A stretch of 64,000 nucleotides of DNA from Saccostrea cucullata (Eukaryota). The notes under the pieces were generated by a model, which searched no databases, had not been told where the DNA came from, and saw only the letters and a program-made list of their open reading frames with translations. Position numbers and translations under genes: made by a program. Below, one piece after another: positions 24,301 to 33,695 of this stretch; within the stretch, counting starts at the first letter, position 1, and each line of letters opens with the position of its first letter. The stretch covers positions 558,001-622,000 of the forward strand of contig NW_026936671.1 in NCBI RefSeq assembly GCF_032062105.1, in the 5' to 3' direction.

Positions 24301-25516
24301 TAAGGACAGTTAAGGTTACCTTGACCCTGCGATCAAAGTTGTTCCTTTTTGGTTTACACTGATGTGGTTGACGGGGGCAGTAAATCTGGCCACGATACCA
24401 TCTGTAGAACCATCGGGGAAAGTAAACGCTTGTACCGTGTTTGTGTCAGTAGCAACATAAAACTTGTTATTCTGCAATAAATGACCAGAAAAAAATATGA
24501 AAAAATCTCATTTGTAATTTTCAAATCATTTCTTAATTAATAAATAATTAGTGACTCAGCTCAACATCAAAAGATTAAAGTAAAAATCCTTGTATGTAAA
24601 TCAATCTTAAATACTGTAAACCAACTTTTATTCGCGACGACTTTATATCGCGATTTACCAGGTTAATAGGCACATTCACCTTAAGGACGGGTTCGCGGCA
24701 AGAAATATTCGCAATGAAGAGGCTCTCATGAATATCGCAAAAATTACTCGCACGCGAATAAAAGTTGGTTTACAGTAGATGTTTCAGGCTAAGAACTTAA
24801 TATGATGTTGCATCTGGGAGAGCATATTATTACTACTCTTTACTCTCATAACATTTGCACCTTCATTTCATATCTTGAGTGTTACAAATATTTAACAGCT
24901 TAATAATTTTAAAAATCTTAGCTTGATCTCTTATACTGTCTATCTAAAAGCCTTGCAGTGATGAAAATGAGAACAGCTTCAACAGGTGATCTCTGTTCCA
25001 GGGAGTCCGTCCCTTGCAAAGAAAAGATAACTCTTCCTGGGACCTCCACCGTCGTCTCCGACTTAATTTGCGTTAGTCACAAGAAAGGTGATAATGACTT
25101 ACCTTGAATGCGACACTGAAGGCTTTGTCTCCAGTTCGATGGGAGATTGCATCATCATCCTCCGCCCCCTCCCATATTCTGACATCTCCATCAGAACCAC
25201 AGGTCAAAATATACCTGAAAGTATTCAATAACAGTTTGTTTATGATCAGAGGTACAGGTCAAAATATATCTTATAGGATAAATTTACACAGTTTGTTCAT
25301 GAAACTTTGTCATGAGGATACAGAGGAAAACAAGTCTACAGGGCAGTAATGGTTCACCCTTGTGCAGACAGTGACAACAGAAATTAACATACTTACATTG
25401 TAAAAATATTACATTATATAGATTGGCAATTTTCTGACTTACTTTCCCTTATCATCATAACAAAGACTTGTTAATCCCTCGCTGTGAGCGTATCGCAGCG
25501 GCGAGCACGATGGCAT
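50..25516 (-). CDS. WDHD1: WD repeat and HMG-box DNA-binding protein 1 (AND-1/Ctf4); multi-exon, 3' end continues beyond window start
   Basis: GT-AG exons in transcript order: 25443-25516 (MPSCSPLRYAHSEGLTSLCYDDKG), 25103-25214 (YILTCGSDGDVRIWEG), 24320-24471, 14336-14444 (FEGHEAPVLSVAMDP), 14022-14119 (ASASCDGSVLIW), 12234-12279, 11620-11712, 10543-10649, 10177-10261, 9884-9931, 9525-9681, 8900-9042 (FQPGSTP), 8263-8447 (MWNAVGII..SIDIEFHN), 7976-8057, 7410-7575, 6906-7017, 6509-6617, 6213-6274, 5910-6024 (CKGSRFPPVLPRP), 5420-5551, 4800-5002 (LAIKYA), candidate 4374-4438, 3339-3424 (RSNPFK), 2671-2799, 50-123. The peptides match recalled vertebrate WDHD1 WD40 and SepB regions. Exon phases are consistent throughout if the candidate exon is included. 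Confidence 0.95.
1468..2294. mobile_element. Non-autonomous Tc1/mariner-pogo-like element (MITE)
   Basis: Imperfect TIRs CAGCCTACTTCAATAT / ATATTGGAGTAAGCTG, TA on both sides, repeated internal TTCAATATAA motifs, no transposase ORF. Confidence 0.65.
10867..11278. mobile_element. MITE with ~78-bp TIRs and 9-bp TSD (TAG termini, AcademH-like)
   Basis: TAGTCTCGTTTACCCCAGACTCTCGCTC...ATTTAATTTTTGT is mirrored at about 11199-11278. The direct repeat AAAAAACAT flanks it at 10858-10866 and 11279-11287. The superfamily call is an inference from the termini and TSD length. Confidence 0.85.
12295..13724 (+). mobile_element. Helentron-type non-autonomous element carrying a ~166-bp Cg170-like satellite array
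   Basis: Starts AACAAGAGGCCCATGGGCCACATCGCTCACCTGAG. Ends with a GACG microsatellite and a palindromic GCTCACTTGAGCC..GCTCAGGTGAGCTAA. The anchor ACACTACCCAA recurs at 12429, 12594, 12760, 12926, 13090, 13255 and 13421 (period 164-166 bp). Confidence 0.9.
14547..15877 (+). repeat. LTR 1 (1331 bp)
   Basis: TG...CA ends with a 5-bp inverted repeat, TATA-like TATATATA at 15374-15381, ATTAAA at 15645-15650; followed by the PBS. Confidence 0.95.
15883..15900 (+). promoter_or_regulatory. Primer-binding site, tRNA-Leu (second copy at 19884-19901)
   Basis: TGGTGTCAGAAGTGGGAT is the 18-nt complement of the 3' end of metazoan tRNA-Leu (..AUCCCACUUCUGACACCA). It lies 5 nt after the LTR. Confidence 0.9.
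16063..17114 (+). pseudogene. gag: gag (capsid + CCHC nucleocapsid), split by a 1-bp frameshift near 16546; unit 1
   Basis: ORF 16063-16686 carries a Gypsy capsid-type motif (KPEPYNGKEGWEEYFSHFQDCAELSHW..KLLFLAASLRGQARTFY). Overlapping ORF 16572-17114 carries CFICNSPDHLMKDC (CX2CX4HX4C). Adding one base near 16546 gives ..RFGSSKH-x-YRWLSKLEMRRR... Confidence 0.88.
17205..17535 (+). pseudogene. Degenerate aspartic protease relic; unit 1 (copy at about 21206-21536)
   Basis: GAT AGT GGA TCT ACT GCA (DSGSTA, catalytic D-S-G) at 17255-17272 follows IHFL with a frameshift. Downstream IFGKDFL resembles the ILGxDFL C-terminal motif. Confidence 0.65.
17806..17949 (+). repeat. ~36-bp minisatellite x4 inside the LTR element (copy at +4001)
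   Basis: Recurring CAGTTGTCTAGGGCTGGGCCGGACTG. Confidence 0.85.
18206..18377 (+). repeat. 30-bp minisatellite x5-6 inside the LTR element (copy at +4001)
   Basis: Unit GAGACGGAGAGATGGAGACAGAAGTAGCAGA-like. It accounts for the METEVAERRD repeat ORFs on both strands. Confidence 0.9.
18535..18547 (+). promoter_or_regulatory. Polypurine tract (second copy at 22536-22548)
   Basis: AAGTGGGGGGAAG immediately 5' of LTR 2 and LTR 3. Confidence 0.85.
18548..19878 (+). repeat. LTR 2, shared central LTR (1331 bp)
   Basis: Identical to LTR 1 by eye; preceded by a PPT and followed by a PBS. Confidence 0.95.
20064..21115 (+). pseudogene. gag: gag with the same frameshift; unit 2
   Basis: ORFs 20064-20687 and 20573-21115 translate identically to unit 1. 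Confidence 0.88.
22549..23880 (+). repeat. LTR 3 (1332 bp)
   Basis: Same as LTR 1 and 2 except a C10 versus C9 run at 23751-23760; followed by TSD AAGG. Confidence 0.95.
24614..24775. mobile_element. TA-flanked MITE (CTGT...ACAG family)
   Basis: TIR CTGTAAACCAACTTTTATTCGCG / CGCGAATAAAAGTTGGTTTACAG, with TA on both sides. Confidence 0.85.
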
Positions 25517-25580
25517 AGTTGCTTAAATCTTATTATTAATTAATTTTCAGAACTTCCACTCGTCTCTCGTTTTGATGAGC

Positions 25581-25818
25581 GCGCCAAAATTATTTATTCT
25601 GCTTCACGATCCCGATGCTTTTTTTAAGCTCGTAAAAACGTTGGAGTGCCCCAGTAATTTTGCCAATGTAAAGTTTACCGTAGAAAACAAGTCTCGTTAT
25701 TGAGGGCTCTGCCATACCCATGAATGAGAGCTTGTTTACATGTAATGTTTCATATAGTAAAAAAATATGTTCTAGGTTAATTTCATTTCTATAAGGCCGT
25801 TGCCCTCATATTTCCCGC
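25581..25818. promoter_or_regulatory. Two canonical E2F sites upstream of WDHD1
   Basis: GCGCCAAA (= TTTGGCGC on -) at 25581-25588 and TTTCCCGC at 25811-25818 both match TTTSSCGC. They lie 65 and about 295 bp upstream of the ATG of a DNA-replication gene. Confidence 0.6.
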
Positions 25819-26569
25819 AAATGAAATTGCTTTCTACATCTACATCTACATCGTACGTTGGTCCGTCATCTTTGACGATTACTCAACGGCGCAGCGCTTT
25901 GACAACATTGTTAGAAAGATTAAAATGTAAAAACGGTTAAAAGGTTAAAAAGGGAAGTTTTCAGCTCTTCTGTCAGCAGCCAGTCCGATAACCGTAGCGG
26001 CCCTGAGACTTACTAGTAGAGGTCTCCCCGGCATTGCCTACTGACTTCACTAGAGCTTACTATGTCCTTAACTATACCTAGTTAAGTATATGTATTCTTG
26101 AAAAATGAGAGAGAGAGGGGGAGGGGGGTCAAATATATAATTCCTGTAAACTAAAATAATCATAATTTTCTTATTAGAATTTTAACTATTTTTCAACATA
26201 AGAATATTGAAATCAGAAACGAATTTCTTTGAGACATTACATCTTAATTACTGTTTTATATGTATCCATGTATTCCCTAGATATATAAATCCGTAGAAAA
26301 AACACACTTAGATAAAGAATACATTTTTAAAAAAACTCTTCCCATAGGTTCATCTGAATACAAATTAAATGAATTAGGCTGGATAAGGTAAAAAAAATTC
26401 TTTCGGTTCATTCAGTAATTTCCCGTTCAAATTTTAAAAAGTTTTTTAGTTGTTGTTTATTTATTTATTGTGCACAAGAAAGGATCGAGATTAAAATATC
26501 TATCTGTAACTAAAATCTACAGTAGCTCTTTCTTCACTTTTTCATGGGTTCAAAGTAAAAAAAAAAAAA

Positions 26570-27129
26570 AACAAGATGTGTTTGTGAAACACTATGCGCC
26601 CGGCTGCAACAAATTTAAAAAATAACATATTTTTAGCATAAAGGTCACAGTGAAGGTCAAAAGGTCACTGATCTTGATGTCATTTGAAAGATCTTGATTA
26701 GTGAAGTATGCATACCAAATATGAAGTCTCTATCTTTCATGGTTCAAAAGTTATGGTGAAGGTTCAAAAAAGCTATTTTTAGCATATGACACAGTCAAGG
26801 TCACAAGGTCATTGATCTTGGTGTCATTTGAAAGATCTTGTTTAGCGAAGTATGCATACAAATATGAAGTCTCTATCTTCCACGGTTCAAAAGTTATGGG
26901 GAAGGTTCAAAAAAGCTATTTTTAGCATATAAGACACGGTCAAGGTCACAAGGTCATTGACCTTGGTGTCATGTGAAAGGGGTTTATTAGTGGAGTAGGC
27001 ATACCAAATATGAAGTCTCTATCATTCATGGTTCAAAAGTTATGGCGAAGGTTAAAGTTTGCAGACAAACAGACAGACAGACAGGACAAAAACATTATAT
27101 GCCTCGGATCTTTCGATCCCGGCGCATAA
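26570..27129 (+). mobile_element. Helentron-type non-autonomous element with ~143-146-bp internal repeat x3
   Basis: Starts AACAAGATGTGTTTGTGAAACAC. Contains repeats with ATATGAAGTCTCTATC, an ACAG microsatellite, and a 3' hairpin CGGATCTTTCGATCC before an A-run. Confidence 0.8.
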
Positions 27130-28100
27130 AAATAAAATAAAAGAAATGAATATTATTTTGTAACTTCAACTTTGAGTAGTAATACATCATGTAAGGTTTC
27201 AAGATCAAAAGTCCAGAAAAAAAAAACAAATCAGGAGAAGACCAAACACGGACTCAATGCTAAATTGTTATTTGCTAACAAGGCCACTGTATCGACCAAA
27301 GAACATGTCTCTTATATTAGTTATATAGTTGTATCCTGTATCCTTCCCATTTTCCTAGAAAATGCCAAACATTTTGATGTGAACAATGCAAACGAAACTG
27401 GAATATAGTCACGGATCAAAAATTTTCAAACAGTAAAAATGACATCACCCCCCCCCCTTTTTTAAAATTTGGCCGAAATGCTGACTATAATAAACAATTC
27501 TTTAAAATAAATTTAAAATAAAACTTCACCGAATATGTAACTTAGCATTGAAATATATATAATGAAGATCATTTATAAATGATAAATACAGATGTATGGC
27601 TTTTACCCATCCACCCGTCATCTTATCATGTCTAGCCCCACCCCCAGCCCCCTTTACTGTTATAGATGATCTAAGGATAAATTAAATTACTTTAAACAAT
27701 ACTCATAAGATTTTACAAGGAACTTTTTGCTTTAATAGAAAAATTTACCGTTACAATACTCCTTGAACGTTGTTCATATGAATTTTTTAAATTTATTTAT
27801 TTCAGTTTCTTTTCATTTTATTATCATTCAATAAAGGTCTTTAGTTTAGACATACGTTTAATTTTCTAACAGAAAGACTTCTCAGACACTTTCCTTTTTA
27901 TATCAGATTCCCTGTTGGGGTTCCGCAGAAAGCATAACATTTTATATAATATTTTTTATGAGTTTTTTTGGAATAACGTGGGCTTGACTTTTCTGGCAAC
28001 GAATAGAGTGGGCGCCCACATGATTAGAATATGACATCACACCTCCACTCCTCATAACTTCCTGTTGCGATGCCTGCACCTTAGAAAAAAGGCATTAAAA

Positions 28101-29967
28101 ATGTCTCAAGGTAAGTAAAAAGATGATTACAAAATTTTTTTGATAATTTATAGATATATAGCATTGTTGTCAGTCATATCTAAAGTGAAAAAGTGCTACC
28201 TTCATTATCTTTGATGTTGACGAAATGGTGATGCACACAAGGCCATTTTCTTTGTTTACATATATTTAATATATATCCTTCCATCTTTTGGTTACAGTGT
28301 TTTACATTAACTTTTTTAATGCATATGTATGATTTATTTTAGAGTCATTTATATAGACCACATTTAGCTGTAAATCTTATTTTATAATTAATATGGCTAC
28401 CAGTTTTTCTTTGGGTCTTTTCCAAACTGAATTTGCATGCATGCATGCTTGCCGATAGCCAATAAATCTTCGTGAATGTATTGTAAGGTTCAATATTTTT
28501 TGTAAAACTTAAAGCTAGTACTTTCTACAATACATCTATACTTAAAATGTCAAATGTTTACTCAATTTGTTAAAACCGTAAATTTTAGAGGCGTTGGAGG
28601 TTGTAGTGATATAGAAAGCTTAGCATTAGTACTATACTCCAAGTCTTAAAAAGTAATTTGCATCAATTGTTTTCTCAATGACACAATTTTTCGTATTTCT
28701 TTCAGATGGTGACTTTGCGGGAAATAGCTCGGAGAAGTTGCTACCGGTGAATAATAACACAAGAAGGGATCTGCCCATTAATAATTTGGGGGGACACAGA
28801 CTTCATCGCTCCTCAGTAAGGCCCTTTTTCTGCTGTGGTAGTCAACTGTCTTTAAATAGCATAACAGATTTCATTGAGGCATCGGATCAGTCAGACTGTG
28901 ACGATGGCTTAGACCTCATGACAAATTTATCTCTATCCAAAAAGACGCAAAACAGACGCAAGAAAAACAATGAAGGACGCAAGAAATTCTGGACACTGAA
29001 ACTAAGAGGTAAACTGCATGTCCCCAAAAGATCCACGTACAATACAAATGAAAGTGACTCTGCAGGGGGCATCGTGTGCACTTCATACAGAAAGCCTTCA
29101 GATGAAAATGAGAGCGGTGCGGAACAAAGTGCAGGTGCTTCAGCACAACCTCAGGAAGTGTTTGTAACTCTACGCCCTATAAACTATGATGAACTATACC
29201 CCACTGAGGACATCGATCAGAGAAGAATCCGCCAGAGGGCGCAAGAAATGGAGGAGGGAATAGATGTACAGAGTGCCTGTATCCTCATTCCTCAACCTGT
29301 CGAATCCTCATCAGATGAGGAATATGACTGCCCTCAACCCTCACCACAAAGAAACAGTTACTCCTCATTTCCCGAGTCCTGGCCCTACGGGTCCTTCTCA
29401 ATGCTACCCACACATTCCAACAATCTTCCTCCCCCTACTGTCCGCCCACATTCCCAAGTGGATTTCATTCACTGTCTGGTCCCAGATATCGCCAGCATTA
29501 CAAACTGCAGCTACTACTGGGGTGTAATGGATCGCTACCAGGCTGAAAAGCTACTGGATAAAAAGCCAGAGGGAACCTTTTTGCTTAGAGACAGTGCACA
29601 AGAGGAGTACCTGTTTTCTGTCAGTTTCCGACGCTACGGCCGTTCCTTGCACGCAAGGGTCGAACAGTGGAATCACAAATTCAGCTTCGATTCACACGAT
29701 CCTGGCGTCTTTGCCTCCGAGACTGTGTGTGGACTGATTGAACATTATAAAGATGCCAGCGTTTGTATGTTTTTTGAACCAATGCTTACCACACCTCTGC
29801 ATCGTACATTTCCTTTTAGTCTTCAGCACATGTGTAGATCGATTATTTGTGACCGGATATCGTATGATGACATTAACATTCTGCCCCTTCCTCGTCAGTT
29901 GCGAGACTACATGAGGTACTATCATTACAGGCAAAAGATACGCACTCGAAGATATGACATGGCTTAG
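28101..29967 (+). CDS. SOCS5: Suppressor of cytokine signalling, SOCS4/5 type (SH2 + SOCS box)
   Basis: join(28101-28110, 28706-29967): ATGTCTCAAG|gtaag...ttcag|AT, in frame (MSQDGDF..). SH2 region [48 protein letters not shown] and SOCS box [27 protein letters not shown] closely match recalled SOCS4/SOCS5. Best read as the pro-orthologue of both. Confidence 0.95.
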
Positions 29968-32437
29968 AAAGTCTTTTTCTTCAAAGTTCGAAGTTAGAAG
30001 AGGCATTACACTTTGTGTCCAGTTTTGATTGTACCCAGTTATTTAGACTAGTGCATAGTTGACATGTTTTTTTCATGTGTAAAGTAGATTTCAGCAGCAT
30101 GTAAAATTATTTTTATATCATGTTTGTTGAATTAAAATAAAATGTTTCTTGCACCCTTATTTTCAAGGGTATATTTGGAAGAAATTGTTTACATTAGTTA
30201 GAGCATTTTATTGACTGTGGCAGAGAGAGAATTTTGGGCATTAGTCAAAAATAAGTTTATATTCAATTAGTTCATGATCTAATCCTAGAAACTTGGGATT
30301 GTTTTGTGCATGAGACATCTTGCCTTGTCTCTTCTTTAATGAACTTAATTAAAATGTTGGCAAGCAACTAATGTATAATATATTTGATATAGGGTAGTGC
30401 TGGTATTCCCCTTACTATTATTGTATTTTTGAATTGTTTGAACATATCATTAAAATCAAGCATTATTAAATGAAGGTGATGTGTAATTTAACCAAAACAA
30501 ACAGTTTGTGCAATTATGAAAATGACATGTTCTGAGAAATTTCAAAAAGTTTTTTTTTTTTTGGTCATTAAGCCATATGACTTGGCTTCATTTTAAAGAT
30601 TGGTCAATATCAAAGTTAATGAATTAAAAACATTTGATCTGCTTACAGCCAAGTAATTTGTGATACATGATGATGTATAATGCACATATAGATCTACAAG
30701 CATGAGAGGTTTAGGACTCAAAAGCATTTATATATTTTTAGGAAATCTTTATTTTCAGAATGGCCAAGTGTAAGGTATACATTTATATATATATAATTAT
30801 GTGTGGCAGAATTTTCCTCTAATGAGGCTTTTGAAATTTTAAATACAAATGGACTGTACCAAGATTTTTTTTTTTTTAAATATTTTTCTTGTTTACTCCA
30901 TCTTGTACATGTCAGCATATTTCCTCAATTTCATAATATTCCTTGTACATGTTGTACTTTACTTGGAAAAAAAATGTTTCAGTGCTATTTTTTGCTTTAC
31001 AGTTACCCACTCATTGTGGATTTGTATTTCCTTTAAGCTTGCTTCCCTGTCTTCTAGTGTTAATTTCCTTCAATACAAGAATTCAGTATGGTGATGTCAA
31101 ATATGCACTTGTGTCAAAAAGAATTTAGAAAAACTTCAAGTGGACTGCAAAAAAGCTAAAACTAAATTTTAAGATTTTCATTTCTCTGTCACTTTCAAAA
31201 TTTTGTCTCATTTTGCATCTCTTTCTAGGAGCATGATACTGATCACATCCACTGGATGCAATGCAAAATTTGAGCATTTTGTTTAAATTCAGAATTATTC
31301 GTAAACATATAAATCTAGCTACATATGTATAAATAGACATCTTGATGTGATGCAAAAAATTGAGCATGTAATTTTAAATTTGTAAACATACAAATCATGC
31401 TGTAAGTAGACTGTACTTATGCCAGACAGTGGAGGTTTTAAGGTATGTTATCCCCTCTCTTCATTCATACAAGATTTTGCTTAAAAATATTTAAGAATGA
31501 TTTTACTGGAAGAAGTTCGATTTATAATAAAAATGCACACAATTTTAGCATATTTTGCAGAAGGAAAAATTGACAGAAACATAAGTTTTTAAAGAAATAT
31601 TACTGGTAACTATGTTGTATCAGGCAACTGAGAGTTATCTCTCTTATCAAAGGGTCAACAAGCCTTAAGGATCTTTATATATAATACAAATACATGTACC
31701 AATATAATTTTTCAAGAAACTTATTTACAGGTACAAATCTCAATGTCTCTTTCCCTTACATATAGAGTTTGGGGTTTGTGTCAACAGGAATTGGCACCTG
31801 TGTAAAGCATCATAATTTTTTTGGCTTAGAATTTGTGCATGGTTATTGAGTTACAGCAACGTAGTAATCAGTGTAAGACCTTTATAAATAGTGCAATAAC
31901 ATTAAATCCTCACCCCCAGCGATGTGCTGCTTTATATAAGTTGGTTGTTTATGTATTGTGCCATTGATAACAAAAAATAAATTAGCTTGTCATGGTTTTG
32001 TTTGATTGTTTATTTCCTGTTTCAGTGCCAGCAATTCATGATCAGCTTTTAGAGTATAGCTGTATGAGCAATGCTGAAGCACAAAGTTCATTTGTTGGTT
32101 CATCGGAAGCATTTTACAAGCATTATGTAATGAGAAGTATTCCTAATGTTTTCACACAGAGTGAACAGTTTGGAATAGACAGTTAGATCAGCAGCCTAAT
32201 AGTAGTCATAACATGGTTGCAAAGAAATAAGTAAATTTTAAAATTACATTAGAAATTTGATTTATAATAAGTTGTAGTTAAATTTTCAAATTTTTTTAAA
32301 AAGGAAATCTGTTTAAAAACAAAAATGAGTTCTTTTTTCCCATTTCTACAGTTGGGTAGCAAAATGATGCAAAAAGGTTCAATGTTATGTGGATCATCAT
32401 TTAAGCAAAATTGCACAAACCACCATCAAATTAAGAA

Positions 32438-32838
32438 AACAAGATGTGTATGTGAAACACGATGGCAACAAAGTTAAGAAAAGCTATAATTAGCATATAA
32501 GTCAAGGTCATTGACCTTGGTGTCATTTGAAAGATCTTAATTTTTGGAGTATGCATACCAAATATGAAGTCTGTATCTTTGATGCTTCAAAAGGCATGGC
32601 GAAAGTTCAAAAAAGCTATTTTTAGCATATAGGTCACAGTCAAGGTCACAAGGTCACTGACCTAGATATCATTTGAAAGAACTAAATTACTATTAGTGGA
32701 GTATGCATACCAAATATGAAGTCTCTATCTCTCATGGTATAAAAGTTATGGCGAAGGTTAAAGTTGATAACAGACAAACAATCATACAGACAGGACAAAA
32801 ACAATAGACGCCTCGGATCTATCGATCCGGGAGCATAG
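32438..32838 (+). mobile_element. Second, shorter copy of the 26570-27129 Helentron-type family
   Basis: Same AACAAGATGTG start, two internal units, same CGGATCTATCGATCCG hairpin end. Confidence 0.8.
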
Positions 32839-33695
32839 AAATAATTAAGTTGCAAAAACATTTCAAGGGACAAAAACAAATTAATAACCACCAAAGAAGG
32901 ATATGGCATTTTTTTCTCAGGATTATGCATACGTCTTGGAGACTGTGACACTTTATCAAGTGATCAAGGAAATGGGGAATTGAATTTCACACTACTAATA
33001 CTTGAGTAGTAGACATATTGCTCATTACTACACCCATCTAAAGTACAAGTGTACTTAGAAGTCGATATCAATTAAAAAGGTAAAAAAAAAAAATTACATG
33101 TATTTTTGAACACATGATCAAATTCAGTTTCTTCTAGGAGCCTGGGAAATTCTGCAACCATGGAAGATGAACCTGACAGTACTGGCATTTATTGTACAAC
33201 AGTACAAGTGTAATTCTCTTTATTATCCTGAACCCAGATCGTCCTCGTTCATAGAACTATATGAAGAAAGAAAATTTTAATAATTTTTTGAGGTTGCCTT
33301 TTCATCAAATAATCACCTTTGCAAACCTCTGACCTGAAAACACCAATTTCCTAGTTTTAGAATAAAAAAATTTCTGTTACTTATAACCTTGTACACATTT
33401 ATCTCATACATTTCACAGAATTTAAAAAAGATTTTTAAGGATTAATTTCTTTAATATATAAACACAACTTGATTCCACCTCTGATGGACCCACTGGAACC
33501 TCAGGTGTACTTCCATTTACATGTAATTTAAACATCTGAAATGCATTATTTCCTGATAGTTACTGTATTTTCAAGGTTATGTATTTCCTCTAATAACAGT
33601 CTTGTTAAAAGTTCCAGTAGGTAGTAATGAAAATTCAACACCATTAAACCCAAATCCTTGGCTCTACATTGATTCCAACAGAGCAGTTGTCCAAC

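Noticed and set aside
25940-26060. Three-way junction reminiscent of telomerase RNA CR4/5
   Set aside because: No CTAACCCT-type template, pseudoknot or H/ACA end nearby on either strand.
28678-28705. ORF-track start MTQFFVFLS for the SOCS gene
   Set aside because: This is the intron pyrimidine tract and acceptor; the spliced start at 28101 fits better.
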